Of a stretch of 64,000 bases of DNA, positions 61,301 to 64,000 are shown in pieces (position 1 is the first letter of the stretch; the number at the start of each line of letters is the position of its first letter). The notes under the pieces were generated by a model, which did not search any database, was not told the origin of the DNA, and saw nothing but the letters and a program-made list of their open reading frames with translations. Origin of the DNA: Mobula birostris (taxonomy: Eukaryota); contig NC_092371.1 in the NCBI RefSeq assembly GCF_030028105.1, positions 97,057,064 through 97,121,063 on the forward strand. Reading direction: 5' to 3'. The translations under genes were made by a program, and so were the position numbers.

Positions 61301-64000
61301 ACAATTCATCCTTTCCTCAACAACATAACCTTGCAGGTGTCCACATGTCCAAACAAAATTCAACAGAGTAGCCCATCCTTTCTCAGCAGGCCTCTGCCCT
61401 GCAAGCAGGGTTAAAGGTCACACAACCAATCCAACCTTTTCCAGCACTTTATCCAAAAGTCCAGGAACAGCACTTTTCCCATTATTTTCATCAACACCAA
61501 CCTCACCAGCTTTTAAAACACCCACGTCTAATACAAATGACTGAGAATCCTCACATTCCACTGGTACCAAGGTTAACCCCTTATTCACTGAATCAAACTC
61601 ATCTGACACACAAAAACTGCATTCCGTTTCAACCAAGTCAGACACTTCAGTATTTAACTGAGCTTTAACATAGGGTTCAGAACTCTGTGAATTCACAGGT
61701 GCTTCCACAACCTGAACACATTCAATCAGAAAGCTGCCTCTCCTGGGCTGTCATCACTTGTCCCAGTTTCAAATTCAAGGTCACCCCGAACCTGTCAGCT
61801 ATTCCCTGGCAAACTCTTTTCTGGCGTAAACTCAACCTTGTGGGTTAAAACCTCTTCATCTGCTTTCTTATCAAACCCCTGCAAGGTAGTGGCATCCTCT
61901 GCATCTGGGTATACCCTTACATCATCAAGAACACAATTTTTAAATTCATTGATCAAAACAAGCCCTTCCAAACTTTAAAAATGATCAGGGTCCGACTTCA
62001 GACTTTTTGCTGCAACCTCTCTACCTTTTCCAGCTCGAACCGTCTCTGCTTGACTGCCACGTGATCCTCACGTTGCCATTTCTCCCTTTCAAACTGTCTC
62101 TGTTTTTCTTCCTCTTGAGTCCGTTTTGCTGCCTCTGCTCCCTGTTTTGCTGCTTCTTCTCTCTGCTTTGCCTCTAGCCTCTCTCTTGAGCTGTTTTAAT
62201 TTCAATTCATGCTGTCTTTGCTCTTCCTTTAATTTTTCCAACAGGAGCTGAAGCTGATCTTCAATACTAACATCCATTTCTGCTGTATTTCCACACAACC
62301 AACTCAAAAGGGTATTTCCCCCAATCAACTCATACAAGCCTCCCAACCAATTTGTTCATATCCCGGACGAGCCTCCAATTTTGTCACGAACTTCATGACG
62401 GGAATAAAGAACCAGCAGAGATGGAAAACACTTTGGAGTCCAGTATTGCTATAAACTAATAATATTTATTAGTAACTACGCAATACAGTAATATAAATGT
62501 AGATAAATCAAGCAGGTTAGCAATGATTATATACATAAGTGAGTATATCAGTAAGTGTGGAAATATATGTATGAAAAACCAAGCTTCCAAGCCTAGGGGT
62601 AAAAAGATACAGTCTTACGATGATGAGTAACGTTCAGTTTAGTTCGGTTCGTGGTATTGAGTTGTGAAGTGACGGAGAGAGAGAGAGGGAGAGGTTTGAG
62701 TTTTCAGGTGAGCCGACGCCGTCGATCTTCTCGTTGTCCTTTGAAATCCTTTAACAATCACCGACTGTGACTTTAACAAAGGGAACCGGTTTTCTGTGGT
62801 GGAGCTATCCGCCAGGCGAGGGTGGATACATGGACAACTCTCCAGCAGTCAACCCTTTTCCTCCTTTCCACTGCAAGAGCGACGGATCGATCCGCCTGAT
62901 CGATGCTCCAAAACCAACTATTCCTGCGGGCAAAATAATGCTCATTCAGTGTCCAGAACATGTGTCTGAGGTCTATCATCTGATCTCCTATTTTATCTTC
63001 CCGTGCTGAGCATCAACTGTCATTCAAATAATCCTTCCTGCATCTCTCTGTGAAGAAATGCACAAGCAGGCAAAAGTCCTTGAAGAAGTATCCACAACCT
63101 GCCGAAAATCATAACATCAGTTGTCCATTTAATAACGCCCTCGGTCACCATAGCAACTTATGAGCTGCTCGGTGCTATCTCCACTTCAGCAGAAATCCAA
63201 CAGTTGACCAGTTCTTTCTCGTTCCTTAAAGTGATAGTCCAACAGTTAGTCTTCGTCTCTCTCCCTCTCTTTCAAAAGAAAATGTCGGTGGTAAATAACT
63301 CTCTCTCTCTCTCTCGCTTTTCAAAAGCACAGTGAATAGGGGCCATTCAGGACCCCGTCACAGAGGGAAGAGATTGTTCCCTCTTGGCGACGATCTTGCA
63401 TTCTGACTAGCCACAGGAGGATTGCTAGAAAATCGGAAGGTCTCAAATGTTATTACTTTGTTGAAGAAAGGGAATAGGGATATTCCTAGGAATTATAGAC
63501 CAATGATTTGCCTGTCAGTTGTGGGCAAAATTTTGACAATGATTCTTAGATTCAGGAGGAGCATAGTCTGATTCCATATATTAGCAAGGCTTTGTAAGGG
63601 GCACGTCCTAGCTCACGAGACTGATTGCCTTTTTCAAGAAAGTGACAAAACAAATCGATGAAGGTAGAGCAGTGGATGTGGTGTCCATGGATCTTGGTAG
63701 GGCGTTCCTATATTGTGTGCAGTTCTGGACACGTACCTACCTTCTGGAAAGATATTAATAAAGTTAAAAGAGTACCGATAAAATTTACAAGGAACTTGAG
63801 GCCGAAGTCACAGGGAAAAGCTGAAGAGGTTAGCACTTTTTTCCCCTGGAGCATGGGCGAATGAGGGGAGATTTGACAGATGTATACAAAATTATAAGGG
63901 GAATAAACTGTGTAAATTCAAGCAGGCTTTTTCTACTGAGGTTGGGTGAGACTAGAATGAAGTCGCCAGTGGAAGTGGTGGATGCGGTTTCGATTTCAAT
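56880..64000 (+). mobile_element. Old CR1 ORF2 relic interrupted by the Gmr1-like element
   Basis: IKKNPKTFYTYVKNRK before the insertion; across the TSD the reading continues ...REV|REEI...; then KVDEGRAVDV-like and 3' motifs to the window end. Confidence 0.75.
57379..63362 (-). mobile_element. Gmr1-like LTR retrotransposon (IN upstream of RT-RH), degenerate
   Basis: LTRs 63362-62382 and 58394-57379; TSD GAGG (57375-57378, 63363-63366); PBS TGGAGGCTCGTCCGGGAT (62377-62360, tRNA-Pro); PPT GAGGAAGGGGAG next to 58394. IN in ORF 61363-60212 (AHS..GG.HG...FYWP...VDCVGPL...DQGSNF), RT in 59790-59035 (KIDLLKGHW..NAPGTFQ..YINDL), RH in 59026-58721 (TDASD..YSIVEKELLA). Confidence 0.92.

Overview
This is vertebrate genomic DNA, most likely from a cartilaginous fish such as a ray. 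That is inferred from the CR1, Penelope, Rex1 and V-SINE repeat families and a germline-joined Ig lambda-like V-J relic. Most of the window is nested transposable elements: two near full-length CR1 LINEs (9.5-13.8 kb +, 37.8-42.2 kb -), many Rex1/Babar and CR1 relics, Penelope-like elements with minimal hammerhead-ribozyme motifs, three two-LTR Gypsy-superfamily elements (one with Gmr1-type IN-RT-RH order), several solo LTRs, a Tc1 and a hAT relic, and SINEs. The only intact host coding sequence I recognise is a platelet/thrombocyte glycoprotein Ib beta-like gene (GP1BB, 28310-28864 +). A CpG-containing, possibly bidirectional promoter lies about 7.3 kb upstream of it. The most striking item is a Gypsy LTR element (about 3.4-7.2 kb, -) whose RT/RNaseH/integrase region is replaced by an intronless, sense-oriented fragment of the host splicing-factor mRNA RBM25, which looks like LTR-mediated gene capture. 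All family assignments come from recalled motifs; no database search was run, and boundaries without a stated TSD are approximate.
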